Assembly (NCBI GenBank): GCA_964016885.1
Contig: OZ024751.1
Span: forward strand, 6,634,001 to 6,698,000
DNA: 64,000 nucleotides
DNA from: Eledone cirrhosa
Lineage: Eukaryota
Direction: 5' to 3'
Position 1 is the stretch's first letter. Every line of letters starts with the position of its first letter. The notes beneath the pieces were generated by a model that made no database searches, had not been told where the DNA came from, and was given only the letters and a program-made list of their open reading frames with translations. Made by a program: the position numbers and the translations under genes. Of this stretch, positions 44,560 through 57,879 are shown in pieces.

Positions 44560-44920
44560 AATGTGGCTTCGTTTATTACTGCTATATATATTTCGGTGAC
44601 AGCCATCTTTGGCTGTGAGCTCTTCAGGCCGTCCGAATTAGTGTGGTAAAGACGAGTACACCTGTTGTTGAGGTGTTTAACTTTGACAATATACTGATAT
44701 GCCCAGTTCCTGGTTGGGTTGTTGTTTCACTATGATTCCAGTTCCTCATAGAAACAATAACCCAACCAGGAACTGGTCATATCAGAGTATTGACAAAGTT
44801 AAACACCTCAACAACATTAGTACTCGTCTCTACCACACTAATTCGGACTGCCTGAAGAGGTCACAGCCAAAGATGGCTGTTACCGAAATATATCAAGCGG
44901 TAATAAACGAAGCCAAATTT
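44560..44920. ncRNA. Inverted repeat carrying HHR family M in both arms (44578-44632 -, 44847-44901 +)
   Basis: Consensus ACTGC-CTGAAGA-GGTCACAGCCA aaga TGGCTGTYACC-GAAAT ATAT ATA-GCAGT-AATAAA. Confidence 0.85.
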
Positions 44921-45039
44921 GTATATATATATATTATATATATATATATTATAGATAGATATATTTCTTTATTAGCCACAGGGGCACAAAAGAAGGGGAC
45001 AAATACAAAGGAGGAAGTGTACATACAATAAAAACGTGT

Positions 45040-45086
<47 letters not shown>

Positions 45087-45396
45087 CAGTGAGAGAGAGA
45101 GAGAGAGATAGAGAGAGAGGGGGAGAGAGAGAGAGGGAGTGATAGAAAGAGAGAGAAAAGACTTCTACAAGGCTAGAAATGTTTCATTCGAAGGAAATCA
45201 TCATGAAAGCCGTGCTATGTATTGAGTACCTTACTTACTGTGGTTACCCAAGATTGAACCCGGGATACACACACGTACATATTATATATATATAGAGAGA
45301 GGTTATATATAATTTGTTGGAATTAAACAAGCTTAAACATTTTATAACTGATATAAAGCACTCAACTGCTTAGTGGAGTAATTATTCAATATATTA

Positions 45397-45562
45397 ATTG
45401 TTTCTACTTTTGGCACAAGGCAGTAATTATCCAGTGCATTACTGGTACTTTATTTTATCGACCCCGTAAGGATGAAAGGCAAAGTTAGCCTCGGCAATAT
45501 TCAATATATTAATAAATGGAAACTATATTTACAAAGCCATAATTATTTTATTATATTAAGTG

Positions 45563-45651
<89 letters not shown>

Positions 45652-45902
45652 TGTCATTGATACTACAGAAGTCCGACGAACTTTTGATTCCATAGTCGCA
45701 CCAGATCGATACAGATCGAACCTTGAGCTGACCAATAGCGAAACACGCGTTACCAACCAATAAACTTAATGAAGGAGTAACCATTCGTCCTTGTATTATT
45801 ATATTAAACTTTGCCTTTCATCCTTACAGGATCGATAAAATAAAGTACCAGTAATGCACTGGGTAATTGCTGGTCTTGTGCCTAAAGGAGAAACAATTAT
45901 TA
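45397..45902. mobile_element. Two SINE S1 3' halves in opposite orientation (45397-45495 -, 45805-45902 +)
   Basis: Central domain and tail match S1. Confidence 0.8.
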
Positions 45903-46001
45903 TATTACACTCTATCTAGCTGTACACCTCGATCCTGATGTGAACCTAAACACCGAGTGCTCACCTGGGTGAAGCAAAAGTAACTTCGCGTTACACTCCA
46001 T

Positions 46002-46080
<79 letters not shown>

Positions 46081-46091
46081 AATATAGATGA

Positions 46092-46140
46092 GATTCTACA
46101 GGACTAGAACTGTTTCATTCTTTAGAAATCATCAGGAATC
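46092..46140 (-). ncRNA. Type I HHR, family N (degenerate copy at 45161-45210)
   Basis: Minus strand: GATTC-CTGATGA-TTTC taaa GAAT-GAAACAG ttctagtc CT-GTA-GAATC. Confidence 0.8.
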
Positions 46141-46180
46141 TTACTTACTGTGGTTACCTCCGATTCAACCCGGAATAACG

Positions 46181-46222
<42 letters not shown>

Positions 46223-46297
46223 GAATTGAGGTTCCGCTAAGGTGAAACAATTGTTCTCGGTATGGTGAACTAACTGTTGTGTAACCACTTCTATATT

Positions 46298-46334
<37 letters not shown>

Positions 46335-46845
46335 TATATATTTATATTCTCTCCTCCACCTCTTGCTTTCTTTCACCCCCGCTGCTGGTCACACACTCTC
46401 GGCTGGCATCTTCCTCACTCTTTCACTCACTCACTCTCTGCTACTCCCCTCTCTCACTTCCTCCCGTTTGACCTGTGTGAAATTCTCTTCTCTCTTAATA
46501 TTCGCGTGGCTCGGACGGCCTCTTCTCATTATTTGCTTCGTTCGGACGATATACGATATTCATTGACTTGTCTCTCTTTTCCTCTCTTCACGTTGCATTA
46601 CTACCATGTTGTTTGTTCACTTTCACCTTCCAATTCCCTCTGTCCCGATAACTTTATTTAGTTATCGCTTGCACTGATTTTAGGTATAATGCGAAGAATA
46701 CCAATGATAAACAGCAGACTACTGATGAAGGACATTCCTGTTTCTCGGTCTATTTTCATTCATATATATATATATATATAAATAGTTTAGTTGACAAATA
46801 TATCAACGTGCCCAGACACACAAATATATTGCCCATATATATATA

Positions 46846-47883
46846 TGTTGGTTAGACTATCAATATTAGTATTATTGGGGCTCCCACTGATGAATTATAG
46901 GAGCCCACTTGAATATATATCTATTGATGGTATAAAAGCTCCTACATAAATTGGTATAATTTAACCCAAATTGTAGGAATCCTATAATGAAACGAGACGT
47001 CCGGCTGGGAAGAGATATATTCGATATGTCTCATATGAAATAATACAGCCAATTTTCCACGCAATACTTTTAGTTAGCACCCCGAACGCATAATTGGGAA
47101 TATAATCACTTATTTCCTAATGTTTGTTGAGTGAGTTGGAATTTGGCCGGAGTATCGCTAAAAAGCTTTCTCCGATATTGTATTTATTTATTTACTCTTG
47201 GTGCAGCAGATTTGAAATTTTCCCGGTATAATTTAGGATTTCTTTGTTTATTTTTTATATATGAATATTGATTGTTCCTTATATCTCATTCTGTTATTTT
47301 GTCCGTGAAAATATCTGTGTGTCATCAAATGTTGTACACACATAGATATTTTTTCAATTTCCAATTGAGTTCTTAGCACGTGGCCTGAATTCCTTTTAGA
47401 GTTCATTGTCATGCGCATCTATTGTTTTTTTGGCGGTAATTTACTTCCTCATTTTTGAATCAGTTTGAGCATTTCTTTAGAACTACTGGACTGGCAACCT
47501 GACAGATGACTCAGGTAGAGATGATGATTATCGCTAAATACTGATGTTGGTTAGAGTATCAATATTAGTATTATTGGGGCACCCACTGATGAATTATAGG
47601 AGCCCACTTGAATATATATCTATTGAATGTATACAAGCTCCTACATAAATTGGTATAATTTAACCCAAATTGTAGGAATCCTATAATGAAACGAGACGTC
47701 CGCCTGGGAAGAGATATATTCGATGTGTCTCATATGAAATAATACAGCCAATTTTCCACGCAATACTTTTAGTTAGCACCCCGAACGCATAATTGGGAAT
47801 ATAATCACTTATTTCCTAATGTTTGTTGAGTGAGTTGGAATTTGGCCGGAGTATCGCTAAAAAGCTTTCTCCGATATTGTATT

Positions 47884-47888
<5 letters not shown>
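46846..47888 (+). mobile_element. Retrozyme/pLTR-like element: two ~340-bp direct repeats, each with HHR family G, and a ~360-bp spacer
   Basis: Repeats at 46846-47188 and 47546-47888; CTGATGA-ATTATAGGA...TCCTATAAT-GAAAC GAGAC GTC at 46887 and 47586. Confidence 0.85.
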
Positions 47889-47920
<32 letters not shown>

Positions 47921-47922
47921 TG

Positions 47923-47963
<41 letters not shown>

Positions 47964-48057
47964 ATACTTTGGGAGGGTCATGTTGCCAATAAGAAACGAA
48001 ATATATATATCTATATATATATATATATATATATATATCTGTTTATATATATATATA

Positions 48058-48133
48058 TATAAGTATGTATACGTACATACATATATGTGTACAGATGCAC
48101 AGTAGTATGTATATATATATATATACATACATG

Positions 48134-48220
<87 letters not shown>

Positions 48221-49352
48221 ACGTATGGGTTTACCGAACATTTATTGTAATGTTCGTTTTGTTTGTAAAGAAACAGCCCGAATTACGCCGTACAGTGCTC
48301 GGCAACCATCGTCGCCCTTTTGTTCAACACTGACACAGGAACGATTTACTTGTTTCAAGCTTATTAGCTATCGTCAGCATCGTATACCTTTCTGTCAGAT
48401 GATTGAACGTCTGAAAGTATATACTTTCCTCATGCATATTAACGGCTGAGCAGCCTAATTTGCATATCGAGTGAGCTAGTCGACCGGGCATACCGAAAAC
48501 GATAAATGAAAAAGAATGAAACGAAATTTTATTTCTCACTCTTAGTACGACTGTTACTTAAATATACGTATGTATACGTACATACATATATGTATACTGA
48601 CGTACAGTAGTATGTATATATACATACATGCACACATATATATATATATGTACGTATGGATTCACCGAACATTTATTATAATGCTCGGTCTGTTTGTTAG
48701 CAAACATCCCGAATTAAGCCGTACAGTCTCTAGCAACCATCGTTGCTCATTTGTTCAACACTGACAAAGGAACGCTGTACTAGTTTAAAGCTTATTAGCT
48801 ATCGTCAACAACGTATACCTTCCTGCCAGATGATTGAACGTCTGAAAGTATATACTTTTCTTATGCATATTAACGGCTGAGCAGCCTAATTTACATATCT
48901 AGTGAGTTAATCAGCCGGGGTACCGAAAAGGATAAACGGAATAAATGAAACGAAATTTCATTTCTCACTCTTAGTACGACTGTTACTTAAATATAAATAT
49001 GTATACGTACATACATATATGTATACAGACATACAGTAGTATGCATATATACTACTGTACATACTCACGTATATATATGTACGGATGGATTCACTGAATA
49101 TTTATTATAATGCTCGATGTGTTTATAAACAAACATCACGAATTAAGCCGTACAGAGTCTAGCAACCATGGTTGCTCATTTGTTCAACAGTGACAAAGGA
49201 ACGCTGTACTAGTTTCAAGCTTATTAGATATCGTCAGCATTATGATAAATGTTCGGTGAATCCATACGTACATATATATATGTGTGCATGTATGTATATA
49301 TATATACATACTACTGTACGTCTGTATACATATATGTATGTACGTATACATA

Positions 49353-49358
<6 letters not shown>
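48058..49358 (-). repeat. Tandem array of three ~430-bp HHR family B units plus a terminal inversion
   Basis: HHRs at 48342-48382, 48773-48813 and 49202-49240; orientation flips at ~49240. Confidence 0.9.
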
Positions 49359-49402
<44 letters not shown>

Positions 49403-49630
49403 TAAACAAATAATGAATAAACAATTCCTTATATTAAACAAAAAAAGTTCATTATTTAACGATCGTTTCTAGGATATATATGTGTTAGAGTTGTTATTTT
49501 ATCTTGACTCTGTATACCGTTTATCTTTCACCGAAAGTGATTTTTCATTACATTTCTTTCCATGATATCCGGAATACATTGAGTTCTTCATACGGATTGG
49601 ACACTACCGTAAACTCTTGGTAGATTTATC

Positions 49631-49701
<71 letters not shown>

Positions 49702-50778
49702 TCAAAACTGCTTCAATTGATATTGAAACAGCATGTCGTTTCTTAATATTTCATATTTGCTATTCTGCATTTTAGATTGGCATTCCCTGACATGTTTAGT
49801 TAACATTTTCTTGTTTTCTCTTCCTACAGCGCATATTTGTTGACATTTACTAATTGAAGTTATAAAAACACAACACAGGCAGTTTAGCATCTCCTGTATT
49901 GAAAAGGAAAAAAAAATTCTGTCTCTCATTTAATACATCGCCTATTCCCTAGGTCTGTTTCGTTCCATTGCATCATACAATGATTATAAGAATTACTACT
50001 TACATCTCATTATTTTCATAATTATTTCTATAATAACAGTTTGATATTTATCAAACATGTCTATATCTACTGTGATTTTGAAATATATTTAACATCAAAT
50101 AGTGTTGAGTTGTCGAAATTGATGGAACCACGGAGAAAATGTATTTGTGTTATGCTCTGAGTCTTTACATTCTCAGTCACGATCCCGGCTTTATCAAATA
50201 TGGGTTTTGTTTTTCTGAGAACAATAAATTTGATTTACGCACCACACTTGATATGGTAAACATTGGCCTTCACCTAATTTGCTGGTCTTATATCTAGATT
50301 AAACATTAATAGATATGTAACGCCATATTACTAAACCTGCGCAAGATGGTTGGATAACATGTGTGAGATAGGCTGGTCACGCTTGAGGATCCACCTGGAT
50401 CAGTTGGAGATGATTGCTTCTGATAGGACCAATTGGAAGGAATGTTTGAGCATTCTGCCCACACGACCCTCTCAGGAATGAGTGGGCGAAGAAGAAGAAG
50501 AAGAAGAAGAAGAAGAAGAAGAAGAAGAAGAAGAAGAAGAAGAAGAAGAAGAAGAAGAAGAAAATTCTCCAAAGTGGTGGGTGTGACGAGCAATCGATTC
50601 AGTTCTTCGATACCACGTATTCTAACAAAGAAGGAATAACGGGAATGAAAATATAGAGTGGGAACGAAGCCATTGACTAACTGTTTCTGTTAATCATCAG
50701 AATCACTTTCATTTATTATGTTTATGACATATACACGCCACAGTTTAAATCAGAAACTGTACCAACTATAAAGTTTCA

Positions 50779-50819
<41 letters not shown>

Positions 50820-50823
<4 letters not shown>

Positions 50824-52138
50824 GTGGTTACACCACAACAGTTAGTTCACCATACCGAGAACAATTGTTTCACCTTAGCGGATCCCCAACATGGTTATAG
50901 GAACTGGAAGACAACCGTACGAACGCGCATGCGCAGAAGCCCGGTCACTTCGCAGAGGCAATAGTAGACTGCGTGCGAGAGCTGTAACGGTGATAACTGC
51001 GAAAGTCCGAAAAGTTTTTAGGTTGAAAAAAATTACAAAGAACCAGTCCGGAGTCATGTAATTATGCAATAGGTGTTTTGCGACGTGTCGACAACGTGTG
51101 AAAAATTCATATCTCGTGTTTAGGCAATCACTATTGCGTAATCTCTTTAGAATAGTTATTTGTTCCTCAATACATAAGCCACACGTCGGATTTCCCCTTG
51201 CGTATGGCTTGGACTTAGTGATGGCTTTCCATTGAATGGAGTAGTCTATACTTGAGTCCTTGAGGGACCATACGTGGCTCGCGAGTTGTACGTCTGTCCG
51301 GGTACATGAAGGCAGAATGGTGGTTCAGGAAACGTTCCTTAAATCGGCCCTCCATCATGCCCACAAAGGATTTGAACTCCTGCGGTTCGTTTGGTCGGTT
51401 GGAAGTGACCACACCTTCATAAATTACAGCTGGTGTGTTGCATTGCTGTTTAAGTGGGCAAGCTTCAGGCTTACGGAAAGAGCACCCTGGTGGGGTATTG
51501 CTCCTAGGGCTGCTGGTGATGTGAGTCTTCATGTTCTTAGCGCAGAAGTATCCTAGTTTAACTTTGTGTCGGTTAAAGATGGAGCGATATTTATGACCTA
51601 TGGGAAAGTGTCTATCTAAGAGGGCGAGACATTTTTTCCTACATTGGTTTAACGTTGAAGGAGAAGGGAGGAGAGAACCAGATACATTGTCTATTGTTGC
51701 GCTTACTTTTCTTAATGGTGTTGTTGCTAGTGGGAGAGTAAGTGATAGGTGGTGACAAGCCGCTGTTAGCCAACGCCGTATTATAGTAGGGTGCTGCCCT
51801 ATCAAATATAGCCTTATTAGAGGAGAGGTTTGAGATTCTAGTACTGATATTATTTACGAAGTTTCTAAAAACAGTGGGAGGGTGGTATGTGTCCTTGTGA
51901 ATGTAACTGAGTTTCTCGTTTAGCTTATGGAAGGGTGTGTAGGTGTGTGTGCGAAGGTCTAAATTAATGTCTAAGAAATCTATGCTAAAGAGGTTGGTAG
52001 CTACTGTTATCCTAAGTCCTAACTCATTGAAGGTAGAAGCTAAATCTTTTTTAAACCCGTCGCGGTCGTGAACACGTTTATGGCTCGATAAGGTCAGTCC
52101 ATCGTCGCCGTATATTCCCGTGTGGAAGTCCGGGAATC
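50820..52138 (-). mobile_element. 5'-truncated P2 PLE (RT5 to 3' UTR)
   Basis: GIYGDDG, CPLKQQCNTPAVIYEGVV, CRHVAKH. Confidence 0.9.
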
Positions 52139-52760
52139 AGCTGTAATTTATGAAGCTGTGGTCACTTCCAACCGACCAAACGAACCACGGGAGGTCAAAT
52201 CATATGTGGGCATGGCGGAGGGCCGATTTAAGGAATGTTTCCTGAACCACCAGTCTACCTTCGGGTACCCGGACAAACGTTCATCCACGAAACTCGCGAG
52301 CCACGTATGGTCCATCAAGGACTCAAGTATAGACTACTCCATTCAAAGCCATCTCTAAGTCCAAGCCATACGCAAGGGGAAATCCGACGTGTGGCTTATG
52401 TACTGACGAACGAATAACTATTCTAAAGAGATTACTCAATAGTGATTGCCTAAACACGAGATATGAATTTTTCACACGTTGTCCACACGTCGCAAAACAC
52501 CTATTGCATAACTACAATGCTCCGGACTGATTCTTTGTAATTTTTTTCAACCTAAAAACTTTTCGGACTTTCGCAGTTATCTCCCTTACACCCCTCGCAC
52601 GCAGTCTAGTATTGCCTCTGTGAAGTGACCAGGTTTCTGCGCATGCGCGTTCGTATGGTTGTCCTTCCAGCTCCTAAAACCACGCCCATTCCGAGCTGAG
52701 GATCCGCTAAGGTGAAACAATTGTTCTCGATATGGTGAACTAACTGTTGTGTAACCCCTT
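52139..52760 (+). mobile_element. Inverted P2 3' end (GIY-YIG + UTR)
   Basis: AVIYEAVV...SYVGMAEGRFKE...CGLC...CPHVAKH. Confidence 0.9.
52691..52730 (+). ncRNA. Minimal HHR, family O (P2 3' UTR)
   Basis: CGAG-CTGAGGA-TCC gctaa GGT-GAAAC AATT GTT-CTCG; homologs at 36261, 46222 and 50851. Confidence 0.85.
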
Positions 52761-52771
52761 CTATATATATA

Positions 52772-53778
52772 TCATTATCTATAAAAGGAAGATTGTTGTT
52801 GATGTGTGTGTGTGTGTGTGTGTGTGTGTGTCTGTGTGTGTGTGTGTGTGTGCATCTTCCATGTTTATACATTTGCACAATTTCAAACCGATTCGACTCA
52901 AAGTTTGTAAGAATGTTGTAAATGGTTAATTTAGCTCAACGACTATTTATTTCATTCAACCTCACCCACAATTACGGAAATAATCCATAAAACTAAATAC
53001 ATCACGCTTTACCCATCTAATAAAAATAATATTACCTCTCTCTACTCCCCTTAAAATTCGATAAAACTACAAACATGCTGCAACATTCTCTTATATAAGA
53101 TTAAACTTACAAACTTTAAGAGAGAAAGAGCAAGAGTGAGAGGGAAATAGAGAGAGAGAACGTTTGTTTTTGAGTGTGGAACGGTCAAACATTTATTTAC
53201 TTCAATGACAAAGAGAACTTATTGCATTTCTTACGAAACAGCAATTATTCAAAAGCAAATTTATTCAAAAACAACCAAAAAATAGCGATAAATTTTTTTT
53301 AAAACATCTATCAACGAACGTGGAAGAAAGAAGTATCAGTTCATTTACTATACACAATAATATCCTCTATGACTTAAATTTAGAAAACATATCCTCTATG
53401 AGGTCACTAAATCTGCTAGAAACAGCAGCTAACTCTCCCACATATCACACCCCTCCCTACTGTCTTAAAATTAGAAAACACACATTAGACAACCATACGG
53501 AATAACTCCATCGCAGCTCTGTTATTCGGCTGGCATCGTCTACGCGTGTGTTGCGCAAGTACTGTAAAACAATACATTTCAACACTTCTTTGCACAGACA
53601 TAATATCCATAGGCGAAACTACAATTATCACTGCTGGCGCAGCTCCTGCTTCGGGAATCCAGGTCTGCAATTCATTCACCCAGTGCCTGGCAGACAAAAA
53701 ATTGCTGCCATAAAATGGGTGGTGCAACCTAACATTGGTAACTTACTGACCCCGAGCAACGCCGGGCTTTAATGCTAG
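52772..53778 (+). mobile_element. Non-autonomous Helitron inserted in a TA tract
   Basis: 5' TC start; 3' hairpin CCCG agcaacgc CGGG 8 nt before CTAG|T; internal LNLLE...PPYCLKIR resembles a Pif1-helicase remnant. Confidence 0.75.
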
Positions 53779-54870
53779 TATATATATATATATATTGACA
53801 TGAAACTTTAGAGTTGGTACAGATTCTGATTTAAACTGTGGCGTGTATATGTCATAAACATAATAAATGAAAATGATTCTGATGATTAACAGAAACAGTT
53901 AGTCTATGGTTTCGTATCCCACTCTATATTTTCATTCCCGTTATTCCTTCTTTGTTAGAATACGTGGTATCGAAGAACTGAATCGATTGCTCGTCACACC
54001 CACCACTTTGGAGAATTTTATTAATATTCTTCTTCTTCTTCTTCTTCTTCTTCTTCTTCTTCTTCTTCTTCTTCTTCTTCTTCTTCTTCTTCTTCTTCTT
54101 CTTCTTCCTGAGAGGGTCGTGGTGGAAGAATCCTCAAACTTTCCTTCCAATTGGTCCTATCAGAAGCAACCATCTCCAACTGATCCAGGTGGATCCTCAA
54201 GCGTGACCAGCCTATCTCACACATGTTATCCAACCATCTTACGCAGGTTTAGTAATATGGCGTTACATATCTATTAATGTTTAATCTAGATATAAGACCA
54301 GCAAATTAGGTGAAGGCCAATGTTTACCATATCAAGTGTGGTGCGTAAATCAAATTTATTGTTCTCAGAAAAACGAAACCCATATTTGATAAAGCCGGGA
54401 TCGGGACTGAGAATGTAAAGACTCAGAGCATAACACAAATACATTTTCTCCGTGGTTCCATCAATTTCGACAACTCAACCCACTTAGATGTTAAATATAT
54501 TTCAAAATCACAGTAGATATAGAAATGTTTGATAAATATCAAACTGTTGTTATAGAAATAATTATGAAAATAATGAGATGTAAGTAGTAATTCTTAAAAT
54601 CATTGTATGATGCAATGGAACGAAACAGACCTAGGGATTAGGCGATGTATTAAATGAGAGACAGAATTTTTCTTTCTTTTTCAACAATAGAAGATGTGTT
54701 GCGTTTTTATAACTTCAATTAGTAAATGTCAACAAATATGCGCTGTAGGAAGAGAAAGCAAGGAAATGTTAATTAAACATGTCAGGAAATGCCAATGTAA
54801 AATGCAGAATAGCAAATATGAAATATTAAGAAAGGACATGCTGTTTCAATATCAATTGAAGCAGTCTTGA

Positions 54871-54901
<31 letters not shown>

Positions 54902-54903
54902 TA

Positions 54904-54981
<78 letters not shown>

Positions 54982-55038
54982 ATATATATATTTGTATATA
55001 TATATATGTATATATATATATGTATATATATATATATA

Positions 55039-55130
<92 letters not shown>

Positions 55131-55699
55131 TATAAACGTTTGAATATGTGTAATAAAGCCAAAACAATGCAGATATGGACATAGAAAAAAGAATGCAATT
55201 GTAAAAGATGTTGTTGATAATTCGTCCTTTACCTTGAATTTATTAAAATGTCCATAATTTTCGAGATAATATCTCTTCTTCGGAGGGAAATAAAGGTCTC
55301 AAACCAGCACTTTAAATATCTAGCCAAGCCATGCTGACAGGAAATAGTATAGAGTATCTGTTCTATCTCTAATATCAAAGAATTAAAATTAGGTGGATAA
55401 AGAGTAGTCTCCCTTTAAAAGGGGTTTGTTTAGGGGGGTTTTTTTTGGTTTTTTTTATATACATGCCTGTATAAGTGTGTGGGAGAATGCATGAAGGTGT
55501 AGGTATGTGGGTGTGTGTGTGTGAGTGTGGGAAGATAGGTCTATCCGTAAATGTGGGGGGTAGGTGTTATCTGGTGTTAGAACTGGTTTTGTGTGTGTAT
55601 GTGTGAGAGAATAAGTGGAGGTGTAGGCGTGTGTGTGTGTGTGCGTGGGGGGGGGGTAAATAAGGGGCTAGAGGCCCTATCAGGTTATAAATTGGGTGT

Positions 55700-55963
55700 T
55701 GAGTTCTAGTCTATTATTGAACGACACAGACCTATGCCACCAGGCTTACGTAGTATACAGACTAGAGTGTGACAAATGCAACAACTTCTACGTAGGTAGC
55801 ACCACCAGACCACTCCACATAAGAATAAAAGAACACCTCAATACTAACGCTTCCTCATTTAAGAAACACCTAGTTAAATGCAAAAACACCGATAAAACCA
55901 TAACAGTTAGGATAGAAACTAAGGAAAGAAACCTCGGCAATCTTAGAATTAAGGAAGCACTAA
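55700..55963 (+). pseudogene. GIY-YIG endonuclease fragment (fourth PLE family)
   Basis: CHQAYVVYRLECDKCNNFYVGSTTRPLHIRIKEH...LRIKEALI. Confidence 0.9.
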
Positions 55964-56135
55964 TCTATATATATAAAACTGTGGTCGTCTGTCTGTCTAT
56001 CGATTTTTGGCACACATCTCCTCTTAGAATCTCTCACGGAATTGCACCGAAATTGCTATACTTGTACATTGAGCCCTAGCGAAGACATCGGAAAAAAAAA
56101 ATTTCAAATTGACCCACCCTATGTGACGAAATCGA
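55964..56135 (+). mobile_element. Probable Helitron 5' end interrupting the GIY-YIG fragment
   Basis: A|TCTATATATATAAAA followed by (GTCT)n; no 3' CTAG end seen. Confidence 0.5.
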
Positions 56136-56836
56136 ATATAATGATATTATCTCGAAAATTAAGGACATTTTAATAAAGGACGAATTATCAACAACATCTT
56201 TTACAATTGCATTCTTTTTTCTATGTCCATATCTGCATTGTTTTGGCTTTATTACACATATTCAAACGTTTATACCTCATTACACAATGCTTCAAGTGAA
56301 CTATAACCTCCTCCATATATATATATATATATTTGTATATATATATGGAAAAGAGTGAAACGAAATATCATGTCTCACTCTTAGTACGGCTGATACCTAA
56401 ATATAAGTATGTATACGTACATACATATATGTGTACAGACGCACAGTAGTATGTATATATATATATACATGCACACATATATATATGTACGTATGGGTTT
56501 ACCGAACATTTATTTTAATGTTCGGTTTGTATGTAAACAAACAGCCCGAATTACTAGGAAAATCTGCTTCTTAGAATCGAGACGTATCCGGAGACAGCAA
56601 TATTAGCTTCGTAGAATCGCGACCTATCCGAAGACCGCGCGATTTCAGAGTCAGGTTTGTTCACCACATCGATTGTGCCTCGAGCTGGTCACCCGAGAAA
56701 CAATTGTAATATCTCCAATAAAATCCTTTCGTCGCAACACTGATTCTCTATTTTCTGTGATACCATACTCTACTCTACGAGGGCATCGAGTGATCATACC
56801 GCCTACCGTATACGGGCGCTTTAAGCATCCAACCCC

Positions 56837-56894
<58 letters not shown>

Positions 56895-56900
<6 letters not shown>

Positions 56901-57700
56901 TAAAACATTAAAGTTTAAGCAAAGAATCGCTGCTTTCACCCTTAATGGGATCTTCAGAAACTAAAAAAAAATCAGTCTGTGAACGCAGAAGTATAAATTT
57001 CGAAAAAAGTTGCAACCGATGGAAGACAGGAAGACGATATTTTGGTTCGGGGAAACGCTACATGGCAAAGAACGAAAAAAAAACGAAGATAATACGTCAT
57101 TATTTGGAGAGGTGAAAACAAATACACGCAAAACAAAACCTCACTTATGGTATTAATGAAGTCGTAGACTAATATTATATTAGGTGGTCTGTGGAAACGT
57201 TCCCTGACAATGACGGAAAAAATGAAGATAAAACCTCATTATGTGGAACGCTGAGAACAACTACACGCAAAGACAAAACCACGTTTATGGTATATCTGAA
57301 GTCGTAGGCTAAAATTCTATTTAGGAAACCGAATGATTCTCGGCTTCCTGTAATTTATTTACATTATTCTTAACTCTGAAGCCGAGAATCATTCGGTTTC
57401 CTAAATAGAATTTTAGCCTACCACTTCAGTTATACCATAAAGGTGATTTTGTCTTTGCGTGTAATTGTTCGCACTGTTCCACATAACATAATGACGTGTT
57501 ATCTTCGTTTTTTCCGTTCATTGCCAGGGAACGTTTCCACGAACCAAAGTATCGTCTTCCTGTCTTCCTTCGGTTGCAACGTTTTACGAAATTTTTACAT
57601 CTGCGTTCACAGATTGATTTTTTTAGTTTCTGAAGATCCCGTTAAGGGTAAAAGCAGCGATTCTTTGCTTAAACTTTAATATGTTGTTTTAATAAATATT
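56895..57700. repeat. Fold-back module with HHR family C in both arms (56912-56962 - intact; 57625-57675 + with GAAA>AAAA)
   Basis: Minus strand: AGTTT-CTGAAGA-TCCC attaa GGGT-GAAAGCA gcgattctt TG-CTT-AAACT. Confidence 0.85.
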
Positions 57701-57879
57701 TACTCTACGGTTCTTATTTATTTGATATATATTTATCCTTATCGTGCCCTCTTTGGATGTTAGTCTTCAAATTTATTATTATTACTATATATATATATAA
57801 AATAAAGTTAAATAAAAGTCAAATGATTAAAATTTAGCTTTGTTTATTACTGCTATATATAATGTTGGTAGAGTACAGA

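Larger units (their letters stand above)
49698..54875. repeat. Large inverted duplication: ~1.08-kb arms (49698-50783 / 53797-54875) plus the adjacent P2 tails
   Basis: The arms match throughout, including the (GAA)n / (TTC)n tracts at ~50488 and ~54027. Confidence 0.95.

Noticed and set aside
50306-54277. Poly-L, poly-R and poly-E ORFs
   Set aside because: They come from (GAA)n/(TTC)n tracts in the inverted-repeat arms.
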